Assembly (NCBI GenBank): GCA_013265495.1
Contig: MU058584.1
Span: forward strand, 4,904,508-4,968,507
DNA: 64,000 bases
Direction: 5' to 3'
DNA from: Vicugna vicugna
Taxonomy: Eukaryota
Shown: positions 49,901-63,780 of the stretch, one piece after another
Layout: each line of letters begins with the position of its first letter
Position numbering within the stretch: the first letter of the stretch is position 1
Program-made: the position numbers and the translations under genes
The notes under the pieces: model-generated
Seen by the model: only the letters and a program-made list of their open reading frames with translations
Database searches by the model: none
Told to the model about the DNA's origin: nothing

Positions 49901-51894
49901 GTAAAATATGAGAGAGTTGTTGGTAAATATGAGGTACCAGTTGGCCAAACAATTTTAATTGTACAGCCTATGACATGAACGTGGAGCTCAATATATGATG
50001 AATATTCAGAGGCATAACTTCAACTGTCATACTGGACCCCATCCACTTTATGACCATTGAAATGGAAAGGATGCTTTCGGGGGGGTTCAAGGAGCATCCT
50101 AGCTAGCCTAAGAATGAGAAGGTGCCAAGCACTCTCCCTCAAACAATGGGGCTAATGCTTTCCCTGCAATGTCAGGTAAAGGCCAGCGAAAAGCAACAGG
50201 ATCATGAGGGCACGTGGGTATCAGAGGAAATAATTTGTGTTTGCTACACGTACTCCCACAGCATACAGCACCCAAAAAACACACTGAGTAAGAATGCTGT
50301 AACCCAGAGGCACACGGTGAAGCGTCATGAAGAGAAAAATCACAATGTGACACTTATGCGGTGGTGAATGGAACAATCAGCCTTTCCACTGATACAGTAG
50401 CCCCCCCGCCCCAGACCACCGACTTCTCTCAAACAGCCCACCTTCCTTTGACTGCTGGTTAGGTGGTGGCCCTGGTGGTCTCATACCCAGGGGAAATCTC
50501 CAGTTCAAGGGAGGGGACTGAGAGCCTTAGAGTCTCCCATGGAAAGTCTAATGAGTAAGATTTTAGGTTGGTGAGTAGCTGAGGCTGGGAAGCCTGGGGG
50601 AGAGGGGCAGGTCAGAGTTTTCCTCTTCTGCTTTTACTTCTCCTCCACTCAACACTTTCAAAATAGAAGCTACTTCCTCTCTGCTCACCATCTGCCCCCA
50701 GCCTCAGCTTCAAGGTGGTCTACCACAACTTTCTGTACTGACTGACAGCAGAGAAGCCGCCAAACTTCCTGTCAGGCACTACATCAAGCAGAGGAAGTTG
50801 TAGCCCATGCCAGACCAAAAGAAAACGTCTTTGATTTTTGGCTGGTATGTGTGAAAAAGGAATGGAGTTGATGGGACAGCTCTGGGAAAAACACATTGCC
50901 TCTCGAAGTCTGAATGAAAGCAGAGGAAAGAGGTATTGATGATCTGGAAATTTCACTTGGGAGATCCTTGCGTATATGAACCATTTGTCCTCTACTCCTC
51001 TGGACCTGCAACCAGAATAATACCTGGAACCTGGTGGGGACTCAGAATCTTGAATACATTATCAAATATCGGATTATTTCCCACAGGGTAACTGGGTACG
51101 TGCCAGGTGGTGGGAACTGAGTAGAAATAACTTTCATTTTGTCATTTTTCTAAGAAGTAAAAAAAAAAAAAATAGAAAGCAGATGTGCTCACTTACCTTC
51201 TTTAAATAAGAAAACAGAGTTTGCATCATGAGACGTTGTATACCTGCTTTGTTGATGTCATTTACCTGGTTAAGACCTAAGTGGGATAGGGAACAGCTTC
51301 TTCAGGGGCCCCTGGACTGGACCTTGAGCCAGAGTCTCCATTGTTACCCACTGGCAGGGCTCTTGCACTCATAGGTGGAGTAGGCCATCCTAATCATGCT
51401 TTGACTTGATGGAGAGGTGTTCCAGGCAGAGGGAACAGCATGTGAGAAAGTCCTGAGGTTCAAGAGACCAGTGACTTAGAAGTGACTTAATAAATGAGGA
51501 AGCAGCGATGAAACTTGGACAATGATACTAGAAGTTCTTTGTAAAGTGAGAAAAGTAATTATTAATTCTATTCTTAGTTTGATGGAATCATGGATTAACT
51601 TTTGAGAAGTGCCTGGGAATCAGAGCTTGGGTTTAAACGTACAGCTTTGTATGCTTCCTCCACCTTTGCCTCTGGACCCTTCCAATTCCCATAATTTATT
51701 AAAATTTAGAAGGGTATTGTTAACTTTGATTCTTTCTGGAATAAGCAAATTTCCAGATTGGCTCAATCACATGGAGAGAAGGAAAGGAGGAGATGGCTTT
51801 GTGGCTCTGTCTGTTACTTGCTAAATCTATACATCTCATCTTGAGTTCCACGATGTTCCTTATTGGTCTTTTGTTTTGTTTTGGTCTTTGATAA

Positions 51895-52400
51895 GTTAGA
51901 TATTTTAGACCCCAATCATTTGTCTGCTTGATTTCCTTTCCCGTTTTCTGAAAACACCCCCTTCCTCTATCCCATACAATGTTTACATGAGAGAAGCCAT
52001 GTTCTTATAATAGCATCTGCATTCCCTTGACAATGGATGATTGATTCAGGAGTGAGTATTTGACTCAGGACTCTACTCCAGGAATCTAGGACTGTGTCTA
52101 AGTGATTCAAGCTTCAGTCTGAATGGGAGTTTATAGAAACCAGGGTAGCTGTGATATGGACTCGAAAGGGCCAAGGAGACTCATGTGCTGTGACAGAGCG
52201 GGTACAGAACTTGAGATAGAATTGTTTTCTGTGGTATCAAAAATGCTTCCAGCCTGCATCCAGATTGTTCCCTAGGCCTGGGTACATCTTTGCTAATGGC
52301 TTCCATCAGTCACCTCTGTATTCTTAAAACAATCCTCTCATTTCTGCTTAAACTAGTTCCACCCAGTTTTCTGTTCTTGCACCCCCAAGTACTAATTCTC
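51895..52400 (+). mobile_element. Ancient MLT1-like LTR
   Basis: 'tgattgattcaggagtgagtatttgactcagg' and 3' motif 'ttctgcttaaactagttccacccagttttctgttcttgca'. Confidence 0.6.
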
Positions 52401-54423
52401 ACCCCCTGCCCTGATTTCAAGGGTGAGACCTCTTGCCCCCATTCTTAGCCTCACTCCTTTGTTCCAGAAAATGAGTTATAGCTCAGTTTCTGCTAATATT
52501 ATTGAGGAATTTAACTATCCTTAGGCACCTTGTGAAAAATCTATCATGATTGGAGGATCTGGGAGGATCCTTTATGTACCTTTATGTACTTTAGAACATT
52601 TCTTCTGTTCTAAAATAAAACCAATGGTAGGGTACTTAATTTGATAAGAATTTTCAGGAAGAAAAATGAAAAGATGCTACAACATTCAACATAAATAATC
52701 TAAGACTGACATCAACCTTAGAAGTGCTAAAAATATGAAAAAGTAGGCATCTTGGAATTGTGACAATTTGATAATGCCTTAGGTTTAAGCATTACATAGC
52801 ATGGCACATTTTCCCACTATGTTTTTACATAGAGCACTGTTAATCAACGTGTGATCCTTAAGTCACTAGTCCAGGGATGTTCCATGAAGAAAGCTCAAAA
52901 ATGTAATGACAAATACCTTTTTTTCTTCTCATTATGAATCCTTTCTTATAAAATGTTTTGAGGATATGCCCCAGGAGAACAAAAGGAGTAAATTAAGGAA
53001 AAAAGAAGACATGAGCCTATGAAATAATGGAAGATTCAACCCCAGACAGCAAAAATGGGAAGTCGTGCAATAACATCTGGGCAGCAAGAGGGGAAAGGGC
53101 TCTAGAGGGGAGGCCTCTAGGAATAAGGACAAATCAAAAGACTACCTGCCATGTACAGCAGTCGGGGAAAAATTCAGGATTTGTGGATTGCATATGGGAC
53201 AAGAGTAATTCAAAACAAAGGTCAATTAGAAACTCCAAGGAAAACCAAAACCTGAACAAGGAAAGAAATGTAATAATTGAACGTGGTTTGGCTCTGCATT
53301 TAGCAATGCTCCCACATTCATAATAATATAAACTTCAATTATTGAATCAACCTATAGTCATCTATTGGAAAGACAAAGTACAGGAGGGAAATATATAATG
53401 TTCTTAAAAAAAAAGAAATCCTGATCTGTTATAATAGCAAGTCAATTGATAATGTCTAAAATTCATAAATTAAAAAATAAGGTATAAATAATATTTATAA
53501 AGAGAGACCAATATAACTATAGAAGAAATAGCTAAAAAAGTTAAACACAGTTTAACTTTAGTTGAAGGCTGTGAATGGGTGAGCAGAAATCCTTTATTTT
53601 CACTATACTCCTTGTTTGTTAGGGTTATTTTGCGTTTTTAGAAAACCATTTCCATGTGTTTCAATGAAAATCTTTAAAGTATATATAATTAGGCTGATAC
53701 AATATTTTTTAGTGACTCTGATTCTACTAATCATGGCTCCTTTTCCTAAATACTACCAAATCATTTATTTACTAATCTGTTCTAGAAGCTGGGTCAAACT
53801 CAACTTAACATTATGTCATTTGGGAATCTACCATCTCTTCCTATTTGAAAATAGAGACAATGCTTACTTGTTTTCTATATTCTGGCCTTCTTTCCATGAT
53901 TAATTTAGATTTACACTGCTTACATGCTTTTAGTATCCCAGGCTGGCATATTTCTTCGTGGTAACACAAGGATGCAGAGAGAGAGAGGAGAGAGAGAAGA
54001 AACAAGATGCAGCTCAATCATGGGTGGCTATGTGGACCCATATTCGTGTTGTGGCACAAATTCGGTTATGATTCAGCTGCAGTAAGACCCAAACAAGTTG
54101 ACAAAGCAGAATGTCACAAGGCACTTTTGGAAATCAGAGAGTCATTTCACATCTCTGAGGTCTGAATATAGGGGAGGAACTCAGCTCCACTTAAATATCC
54201 TCTTCATGCGGGAAGGGTGAGAGAGCAGAAGAGCAGCTGTGCTGGAAATGGCGGCATGTCTGGTATGGGAGGGCCATAGCCTGGGGGCTCTTCTGATTGG
54301 GATTCTGGGATGAAAAAATAGAAACTACCTCCAGAAACAAGAGAAGAAGACTATTGTGTAGAAATTTTGGAGAACCTGGATCAAAGAGCAGGCAGCAAGG
54401 ATAATCAAGATGGCACCATGGAG

Positions 54424-54559
54424 GGGGCAGGATATAGCTCAAAGTTGTAGAGTGCATGCTTAGCATGTATGAGGTTCTGAGTTCAATCCTCAGTACCTCC
54501 TTTGAAAAAAAAGTGTCAATAAATAAATAAACTTGATTACCTTCCTCCCCTCCTCAAAA
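54424..54559 (+). mobile_element. Camelid tRNA-derived SINE (vic-1-like, long form)
   Basis: 'gatatagctcaaagttgtagagtgcatgcttagcatgtatgaggttctgagttcaatcc'; imperfect TSD aagatggcaccatggag (54407-54423) vs aagatggcatcaaggag (54560-54576). Confidence 0.9.
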
Positions 54560-55435
54560 AAGATGGCATCAAGGAGATGGTTTCCTTAGGGGCACCATCA
54601 CCACTGAGCAGTCGCCAACCCAATGCTGAGTGCCAGCACCCTTCAACAGTGGCTGCCTTATTGTTTGACTCTTGATCCCAACGCAGCTACCACAAATAAT
54701 CTCTGTACCACTTCATCACTCTCCTTAGATTCAAACTTCCAAGGAGAAAGATCCAACTGATTTAAATTTGCCTTGCGTCCAGGTGATCGAGAGAGAAATA
54801 TGTCTTCCTCCATTTTCCACATTTGACAGCAGGGATTTTATTCCTATTTATCTTGGATTTTGGCACAGCAGGACAGGATAGCCAAGCTCCATGTTGAGAT
54901 ACACTCATGATTACAAGTGGGACTGTGCCTACAAAGGGGAAAATTAATGGTCTCATTGGTGGTGACATGGGCAGGCAGGGCAGAGCCCAGCCATTGCGAC
55001 TGGGCTGACATAATTCATCTTGGTCCACAGATCCGAATCTATTAAAGCATCTAACTTCTCTCGGACTGTTTACCACGTATCTTCAACTTCAACTCTCTTA
55101 ACTCTTTTAACTTTTTGCTCTGTCCTTGTCAGTTTGAAAATCATTCCCCTTAATAGAGAAAATGGAAGATAATTGAAGCTGACTTATTCTTTTGCTGTTG
55201 TTAACTACATTATATTCCCCAAACTAGAAAATGCTGACATGCTTATTAGCAATCTTTTGAAAAGTGATGCACAAAATAAGATTACAATTACTTATGTTAT
55301 AGGAAGTTACAGAAAGTAAAATAAAGCGCATTTTGGATAGGAGACAAAATCTAAGGAAAATGGTAACTCCTTTGTCACTAGCAGCTGAGAATTAGACTCA
55401 AAGGAATCACAGCTTCACGGTCTCAGAGTTGGAAG

Positions 55436-55627
55436 TAGGGTTGCCAGATTTAGCAAATTAAAATACAAAACACCCAGTTAAATCTGAATTTCACATAAAT
55501 AACAAATAGCTTTTAGTAAAAATGTATTCCATGCAATATTTAAAATACACTTATATTAACAATTATTTGTTGTTTATTTAAAATTCAGATGTAACTGGGA
55601 ATTTGCGTATTTTATCTGGTAAGCTTG
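55436..55627 (+). mobile_element. MER53 palindromic hAT MITE, full length
   Basis: Starts 'tagggttgccagatttagcaaattaaaatac', internally palindromic; 8-bp TSD gttggaag / gttggaaa. Confidence 0.9.
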
Positions 55628-56019
55628 GTTGGAAAGACCTCAAAGGAATTCAGTCCAATCTTGATTCAGAAATATGTTCTACAGAGCAGCAGATCTGGTT
55701 CCTGTCCTACACCTCACTCAACCTCCTTATTCAAAAAGCCAACAAATCATGTAGGAACAGAATGTGCCTGGTCAGTCTTTTGTGTTCAAATGCAAAATCT
55801 GAAAAACAAAAATTGAAAAAGAAGGTTAAGGGAAATCAGGAAAAACTTCCATTCAGTTATTCAATCATTTAAGCAAAAACAAGTGTTTTCTTCTTTCATT
55901 ACTGACTTAAACAGGTAATTATCCTCATATAACATGATTCTAAAATATTACTTTAAGAACTCTCACTCTCAAATATATATTTTGCATAGTATTAACATTA
56001 CATTAATAACATCAACTAA

Positions 56020-56255
56020 TATATTTTGAGTGCTTAATACGTGCCAGAAACAAAGTAATTTACACGTGCTAACTCATTTGGTTCTTGAAACAATCCCATA
56101 TGGTACTTAGTACTATTACTTTCATTTTATATAGATATGGAAACTGAAGCAGAGACAGGTTAAGCACATTAAGTAACTTGCAGAAGGTTACACAGTTACT
56201 GAGTGATCAAGTTGGCTTGAACACAGAATTCTAGCTGGCCCTGAACCATTACAGT
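56020..56255 (-). mobile_element. MIR SINE
   Basis: 'ttgagtgcttaatacgtgccag...cattttatatagatatggaaactgaagcagagacaggttaag'. Confidence 0.82.
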
Positions 56256-57435
56256 TTATTATTTTTTGGAAGTAGAAATTCCACAAGTAAAATCATACTA
56301 TGTTAAAAATAGTGCAAACTGAGTATTCTGGGTTCTGAGACTACACATTTGGTACTGCAACTTTAATGCACTTCCTGGTCTGAACTGCTTGCTTTAAAGG
56401 CTCCTCCACATTATAGCACCTACTGTAAGCGCTGTCAGCTTCTACTTAACACCTCTAGGGTAAGAAACTTCTGAAGTAGACATATCGATTTGCTTCATGT
56501 TTCTTTTCTGGCAGTTTCTTTCCACTCACCCTAGATTGATCCAGTGGAGCATGTAAATTACAAGCAATCCCTTGACAACAGGTAAAGATCAGTCTGCCTC
56601 CCTGAGTATCATTTTGCTTTGGTCCAAAGACTGCCAGTGTTTTCAATATTTCCTTTTGAGCCGTGAAGAATAATTTGCTCCTGCTCTAGTTCTGTGGCTG
56701 TCCATGGATAGTATTTTCTTGGGCATAAACCTGTCTGTAGAAAATTTTTTATCGTAAAATCTAGTATATGTTCAAAAAAAAATCATAATCTTTTACAGGA
56801 TGCCCTCAAGAAAATTTGCTCCTGTAGAAGTTTGGAATGGAAATTTTGTCCTTTTAACTTTCCACAGTGATTCCATGTGCATTATTCTTTCTGTATCAAT
56901 TTTTGTCAGTGAAGAATGAAAAATTAGGGAAATGGTTTCTGATGTGTTTTAGGTCGGCTACATTTTCCTGAAGATTTAAGTGTAGAACTTTTATAGTGGA
57001 AAATCATTAAATCCCTACATTTACTTATTTTCATGCCGAATGAAAGTGCATCTTCCAATTCTTTCCCCCTTTGTCTTTTAAAAAGATAAATCTTTGCACT
57101 GAACCGTTTGTCTTAACCTCTACTTAAATAACCTAGTGCCAGAATTTATGGAAACATATGGAGAAAGCCAGACAAGTTGAAAAAAAGTAATCTGGATTAC
57201 CTGAGAGCAAGCGTGACTGGAGAAAGTTTGGTGAGTGTGACTAAGGTTGGCCTGTGAGGAACATCCGATGGTGGTCTCAGCCGAAGGACTAATGGTTTTG
57301 AAAGTATTCATCACAACTGGTGACGCAATGTCACTGCAGTTTTGGTTACTTTCAATAAACCACATAGATCTACTGGGGATTAGACTACACTTTGGGGGTA
57401 GTGTGTGTGTGCATACATACGTGGTGAGGGGAGAA

Positions 57436-57495
57436 AGAGACAGACAGACAGACAGACAGAGGCAGAGACAGAGAGAGAAACAGAAATAGAGAAAG
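57436..57495. repeat. (GACA)n / (GA)n simple repeat
   Basis: agacagacagacagacagacagaggcagagacagagagag. Confidence 0.9.
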
Positions 57496-57864
57496 AACCA
57501 ATAAGGGAGCAGCCGTGGTGTGCTTTGCCTCCGTGCACTCTGTCTATAGCATCATTGTTATTGTCTTAGGATAAAGAACCAGGCTTCAGCAGCAGTGCTA
57601 GTGCTATTAGTGGGGTCACTTCTCCCATGATTTTGTGCTGCATTATCAAAAACAACCCCAAACTTGCTTTTATTCCTTTTCACTGAGGTGGGTTCTGGGA
57701 GTATAATGACTCTCCTCCACAGATAAGGCTGATGCTAAGACCATTGGATACCATATATTTAACCTGGCAGCTGTGCTTCTGGCAATTTGCCTAAAGAAAT
57801 GATTGGACAAGTGCACAAAGATATATGGGAAATCATGCAATAAGAAAACGAACATGATTAAATA

Positions 57865-58868
57865 ACCCAGGCAAAAGATCTTAACACATCTTCCTCACCA
57901 AAGGAGATATACAGATGGAAAATAAACATATGAAAAGATGCTCAACATCGTACCTCACTAGGAAATTGCAAATTAAAGTAACAATGACACACCACTCTAC
58001 AACCATTAGAATGGCAAAAATTCAAAACGCTGACAGCACCAAATGACGGCAAGGATGTGAAGCAACAGGAATTCTCATTCATCTTTGGTGGGAATGCAAA
58101 ATGGTACAGCCACTTTTGAATAGTTTGGCCATTCCTCACAAAGTTAAACATAGTCTTACCATATGATCCACCAGTTTTGTTCCTTGGAATTTGCACAGAT
58201 GAATTGAAAATGTATGCTCACACAAAACCTTCACATGGATGTTTTAATAGCTTTTTTCATAATTGCCAAGCTTGGAAGCAACCAAGATGGCCTCCAGTAG
58301 GTAAAAGGATATATAAGCTGTGGTACATCCATACATTGGAATATTATTCAGTACTAAAAAAACCTTGAGCTATCAAGTCACAAAAGACATGGAAAGAAAT
58401 TTAAAATATATTACTAAGAGAAAAATTCAATATGAAAGGACGACACACTATATGGTTTGAATTATATGGCATTTTGGAAAAGGCAAACTTATAGAGGCAG
58501 TAAATAGTGATGTTTTCCAGAAAATTATACTGAGAAAGGGGTGAGAAGGTGGAGCACAGATGAGTTCTGGGGAAGTGAAACTATTCTGTATAAAGCTATA
58601 AGGGCAGGTCCATTTGTCAAAACCCATAGAATGTACAACACAAAGAGTGTGTCCCAGTGTAAACCGTGGACTTGAGGTGATGATGTGTCAATGTATGTTC
58701 ATCATCACGTAACGAAGGTACCACTCTGGTGGGGGATGGCGATAGCGGGGAGGCTGTATAATACATGTGTGTGGAGTGAGGAAGTATGTGGGAACTCAGT
58801 ACTCTCTGCTCCGTTTTGCTGTGAATCTAAAACTGCTACTAGAAATAAAATCAATTAACTAAAAACAA
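57865..58868 (+). mobile_element. Old L1 (L1MC-like) ORF2 end plus 3' UTR
   Basis: 'ctcaccaaaggagatatacagatggaaaataaacatatgaaaagatgctcaacatc' through 'ttttgctgtgaatctaaaactgctactagaaataaaatc'. Confidence 0.9.
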
Positions 58869-60461
58869 ACAAACTCCACACCTTTTGTCCACAATTATAA
58901 ACCTCTCCCAAAATATGCATTCCATGTGTAGACTTCCACCTCTACGTTGATCTCTTCCAAATCCAAACTTGTAGAGATAATTTGATTGGTTCGGTCTAAG
59001 CCATATGCCGATGACAGGTCGGACACGGAGATCAGGACTCTACCTTGGGGTAAAGGATTGTAATATGGAGATCTCTATAGGCATACAAAGCCATATTGCC
59101 ACCATTATGACAACTAGCCACTACAGACACCGGTGTGGAAAGGGGAAAAAACCCCACATTGATATTTTTCAATGACTAACTCCATTATAGGCATAACACC
59201 TGAATAGTTAATTCACTCTCTTCTCCCCATTGAAAGGAAAAGAAAGCCTTCTTCATTCTGGTATTTATTTCCTTGAATGTCTATATGTGCACCTTTCTTT
59301 GCTGGGGAGGTTCCTGCCAGAAATACCTAAAGCGCATGTGTAACTTCTTCAAACTGCTTTCAATATACTCACTTCTAGGAACTATTTACTAAAAGGGGTA
59401 GTATTTCCTCACATTAACATTTGGAGCACAAAATCAGCAAAGCTTATATATTTATTAGACTCCTTTATGTCAGTTTAGCAAATGTAATTGCCCCTAACAA
59501 ATTTATTTAACTATTTAAGAAAAATCCAGATGATGAAGAAATAGCTAAAGATACATTTTTTTTAAATGTTAGGATTATCAATTGATTCTATCAGTGGGAG
59601 GATGATTCCATCTTTGGTTTTGACCTTAAACTCAGAAACTAATGAACTTGGCTATTCCAAAAGGAGATAACACTATAAGGATTAAGGAAATGCCTACGGG
59701 AGGCATAATATAAAACATATGAAAGAAGGAAGAAGGGACAAAAACTAAAGGAAGGGCAGGCTCTGAGAGTGCAGAGGTTGTTCAGGTGTGGTGACGTTCA
59801 TTACTAAAGACTGTTGATTGAGACCCAAAGGAAAACAACCATGGTCTTAAAGAGAAGGAAAATGTAAGTTGTAAACTCAGCTAAGCAGCAAAGGTATTAT
59901 AGGGAAATTTGCAGGAACAGCTTTATATTTACGGCTCATTATGAAAGATATTAAAATACTATAAATAAGAAAATGTGAATGAAGTTGTGGGTGTTAAATA
60001 CAACTTTTAAAAGGTAAGTGATGACCAACACTTTGAAATTTTTAAGAGTTATTTGAGTAATGTCATTTACAGAATGGCAGGACATAGATGGGCTAGGACT
60101 GTGTGGATTCCCCACCCCAGGCCACACTGTTCATGATTAATTTTACTTTAAGTTCTATCCTGGGTGGATGCACTGAACTACAAAGAGGATCAGCGGAAGA
60201 GGAGCCACTGCAGGCAGCGGGCTGAAGACTGGGGTGCAAGCATGCATCTGCCACGTGGACCCTTCAATGCACACTTCTTCCTGAGGAGCTCTGTCTTGTC
60301 TAGTTGGAAAAGCAAACAAACAAATGCTTTAATCCTTCCCCCCACATATATCATATTTTTTGTTGTTATTGGTCTTTCTTCTGACTTCTGCTGAGCCCTG
60401 CTGGGGGATGTGATGGAACAGGCATCCGTTCCCCAGTGTTGCTCATAACTGTAATTTGCTT

Positions 60462-60875
60462 TTTAAGAGTATTCATAGCAGCTTTCTTAATAAAAGCCCA
60501 CAACTAGAAAGAACCCCACCGTCCATCAGCAGGTGGCTAGATAAACACATGGCTCTAAACCCATGCCATGAAATACCATTCAGCAATAAAATGAAACGAA
60601 CTTCAGACGCACGGAACAATATAGATGAATCTTGAAAACATTATGCTGAGTAAAAGAAATCAGACTCAAAAGATTACACACTGAATGCTTCCATTTATAT
60701 TAAATTCTAGAACAGCCAAACTAATCTACAGTGACAGAAAGCAGATCAGTCACTGCCTGGAGTCGGGGTGGAGAGGATTGAGTTGGAAAAGACACAAAGG
60801 GTGATCGACATGTTCTGTATCTTATGGTGCTGGTTATAGAGGGGTATTCATTTTTCAAAGTGCATTGAACTGTAC
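60462..60875 (+). mobile_element. Old L1 (L1MB/ME-like) 3' region
   Basis: 'tattcatagcagctttcttaataaaagccc...atagatgaatcttgaaaacattatgctgagtaaaagaaatcagactcaaaag'. Confidence 0.85.
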
Positions 60876-63029
60876 GCACCCATTACTGTAATTTGTTTTC
60901 CCATTCACAAGAGATGGTGAACTGGCTAGATCACTTTTAAGTCCTGTTCGAGCCCCCATGTGCTTTAACCTTTCGCTCGCCACGTTCTTCGTCATTCTAG
61001 GACAGTATCAGTGTAAAGTAGTTTGCTCCAAGTTAAACTGAACAGGGCTTCTCTTTCAGTTCTTAGGAGAAAGAAGAACATGTTAAGAAAATTAGTTTAT
61101 ATTTGCTTATTTGGTCCATAAATATTTATTGAGTTCCTGCATTGTAGGCTCTTAGTCTCAGCTCTTACGAGAGAGAGAGGAAAAATTCACAGTATATATA
61201 ACCATGTGTCAAATGGTACTGAAAAGAGCCATGAGTTAAAATAAAGTCAGTGACAAGAGATTTTAGGAATGAGATAGGGGCTACTATTTAATACGGAGTA
61301 ACCAGGATAGGCCCCTGATAAGACATTTGATCAATTTGTTTCTACAATCAACTTTGGGGATGCACTCAGATTCAGTCTAGTATTATATGCCCCTTAAGGT
61401 AACACATAAACTCTCAGATTCCTTCTGGGTTCTGCATGATCTTTTTATTATTGTTATTGGCCCGAGGCACTAATATTCAATATGTTGACGGAGGCTCTGT
61501 CATCAAGGATTCAATTTTTTCCCTTCTGCTCTATCAGAAAAAAATTAGAAAATTTTACAATGAAGAATAAAATTAAAACTTGTTTTGGTTAATCACAAGA
61601 TTAGGTAATCCATAACACTCAAGCACTAATTACTCCACAATAAAGAGGCCTTGTTGTATTTGTGACTGATCTTCTCATTGGGAAGATGAAATGCCCTCCA
61701 GCCTGAGGTCAAAGGTGTCCAGTGACATACATCTTTCTCTTGGTATTCCAGATACGGGGAGGAGATGAGGTATGGGGAAGCAGAGAATCACATGGTTTTA
61801 TGGCTGATTCCCCCCAAATTAATCATTATTATTATAAAAATCAAATCATAACCTCTGATGAAAACCACATGCTGCTCTTGGTCACCAGCTTCTCTGGCAG
61901 ACGTGGGTTCCAGTTTCAGAGTCTTTGTGATGGTTCCAGTGTTTATATTTTGATTGTAATCACTGCCATTTATTGAGTCCCTCCTAGGATCCAGACAAGT
62001 TTCATGTTCTGTTTCTAATCCTCATGCCTGTCCGGTGGGGATGATTCTGATTCTCCTTCATGTAACACATCTTGTAGTGGCTGAGCCAGGAGGAAGATGA
62101 GACTGAATGACCTGATTTCACAGCTTATGGTCCCCATTACATTAGACGGCTTCTCAAGGAAAGGCTCCTTGGACGGCTGCTGACCACAGATGTCATGCCT
62201 TAGGTCCTGGCTGGGGCATAGTTCTTTCCAGGCAGACCGATTCTCACAGATGTCCAATTTAGGAAATCCATAAATGTTTGAATTCTGCACCACGGAGATT
62301 TTAAGTTTATGGCAGACTTTGTGGCCAAAATGGCAGCCTTCTGAAGAAAGGAAAACAGAACTAAAACCAACTGCTCTGCTTACTTAATTTTAATTTCCTG
62401 ACAAAGCGACTGATTTGACATCATAGCCACTAGGCATCCTTCTTCTTCCCGACCTAACCTTCCCTGGAGAGCTGGTTGCTGTGACTGGATCACCTGTTCT
62501 GTTCAGATCCTCACTGATCTGTGAACAATGTGAGCAAGACTATTTTTAAGCAACTTCCTGCAACATCTCCCCTGTTACCGTGATCCCGTGGAATCCTGGC
62601 CCTGAGTAATAATACCTGTGGGGTGAGAGCAGTGGTTTTTAACCTCTGGCTAATCGCAAGCATGTTTAGAAATCTCTTTGAGTTCTTTCTTTGGTGACTG
62701 TACCTTTTATCCAGGAACAAAGATGAAAATGAACCTACTTAATGAGGAAGTGCCTGCCTGTTAGTAGTGTGTACTCTCATTGATGAAGAGTAAGTCAATA
62801 AAATAGCTAATAAATGATACAGGGGCTTGAAACGTCAGAAGCGAGGTCTGGCTGGGTATCCTCCTGACTCTGCCAGCCTGACCATAAACTTGATAACTTC
62901 TTCAGGGAATTCTTGTAAATATTTTGGCATACTTCTTTAGTCTTTTTTCTCTCTCTGCATGTTTTACATGGTTGATAGTCTACTGAACAAAACTTGATTC
63001 TAAGAATGCCTACAAATCAGGAATGGACC

Positions 63030-63222
63030 CAGGGGTCAGCAAACTTTTTCTGCAAGGGACCAGGTGGCAAATAATGTAGCCTTTGAAGAATATCATAGCC
63101 ACATAACTCACTGACTCTGCAGTTGCAGTATGCAAGCAGTTGTAAAAATGTAAACAAATTGATTGTGTTCTGATAAAACTTTATTTACAAAACATGAGGT
63201 CAAATGGATGTGCTGACTCCTG
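63030..63222 (+). mobile_element. MER58A hAT-Charlie MITE
   Basis: 'caggggtcagcaaactttttctgcaagggaccagg...tgataaaactttatttacaaaa...tgctgactcctg'. Confidence 0.85.
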
Positions 63223-63421
63223 GACTATGCTATTAGTATAGACTTATTATTATTAATAGTATCTATCATTTAGAGATTTTTAAAAAAATCCAGTGACTCA
63301 AATTATTAAATACAATTTTACAGATTTGACGATAATTACTCAAAGTTCATGACAGTGAAATAAATAGCTATTTTTATATATAATTCTTGTTTTTTGGAGC
63401 AAAAATTAAATCTTTTTGCAG

Positions 63422-63780
63422 AGTATCTCATGTAAATGTGAAAAAATCTATTATGTAAAAATCAAGAAGACAAATGGACTTAAATATAAAACAGAAACAG
63501 ATTCACAGACATAGAATACAAACTTATTTATGCCAGGGATGAGGGGGTGGGAAGGGACAGACTGGGAGTTCGAGATTTTTAGATACTGACAGGTATATAT
63601 AGAATAGATAAACAAGTTTATACGGCATAGCACAGGGAAACATAGTCAAGATCTTGTAGTAGCTCATGGTAAAAAAGAATATGAAAATGAATATATGTAT
63701 AATCATGTATGACTGAAAAATCGTGCTGTACGCCAGAAATTAACACAACATTGTAAACTGACTACAACTCAATAAAAATA
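63422..63780 (+). mobile_element. Camelid/artiodactyl L1 3' UTR fragment
   Basis: 'aaatataaaacagaaacagattcacagacatagaatacaaac...ttgtaaactgactacaactcaataaaaa'. Confidence 0.92.

Noticed and set aside
52681..52690. aacattcaac, matching the 5' end of miR-181a
   Set aside because: Only 10 nt match; the rest of the mature sequence and the hairpin are absent.
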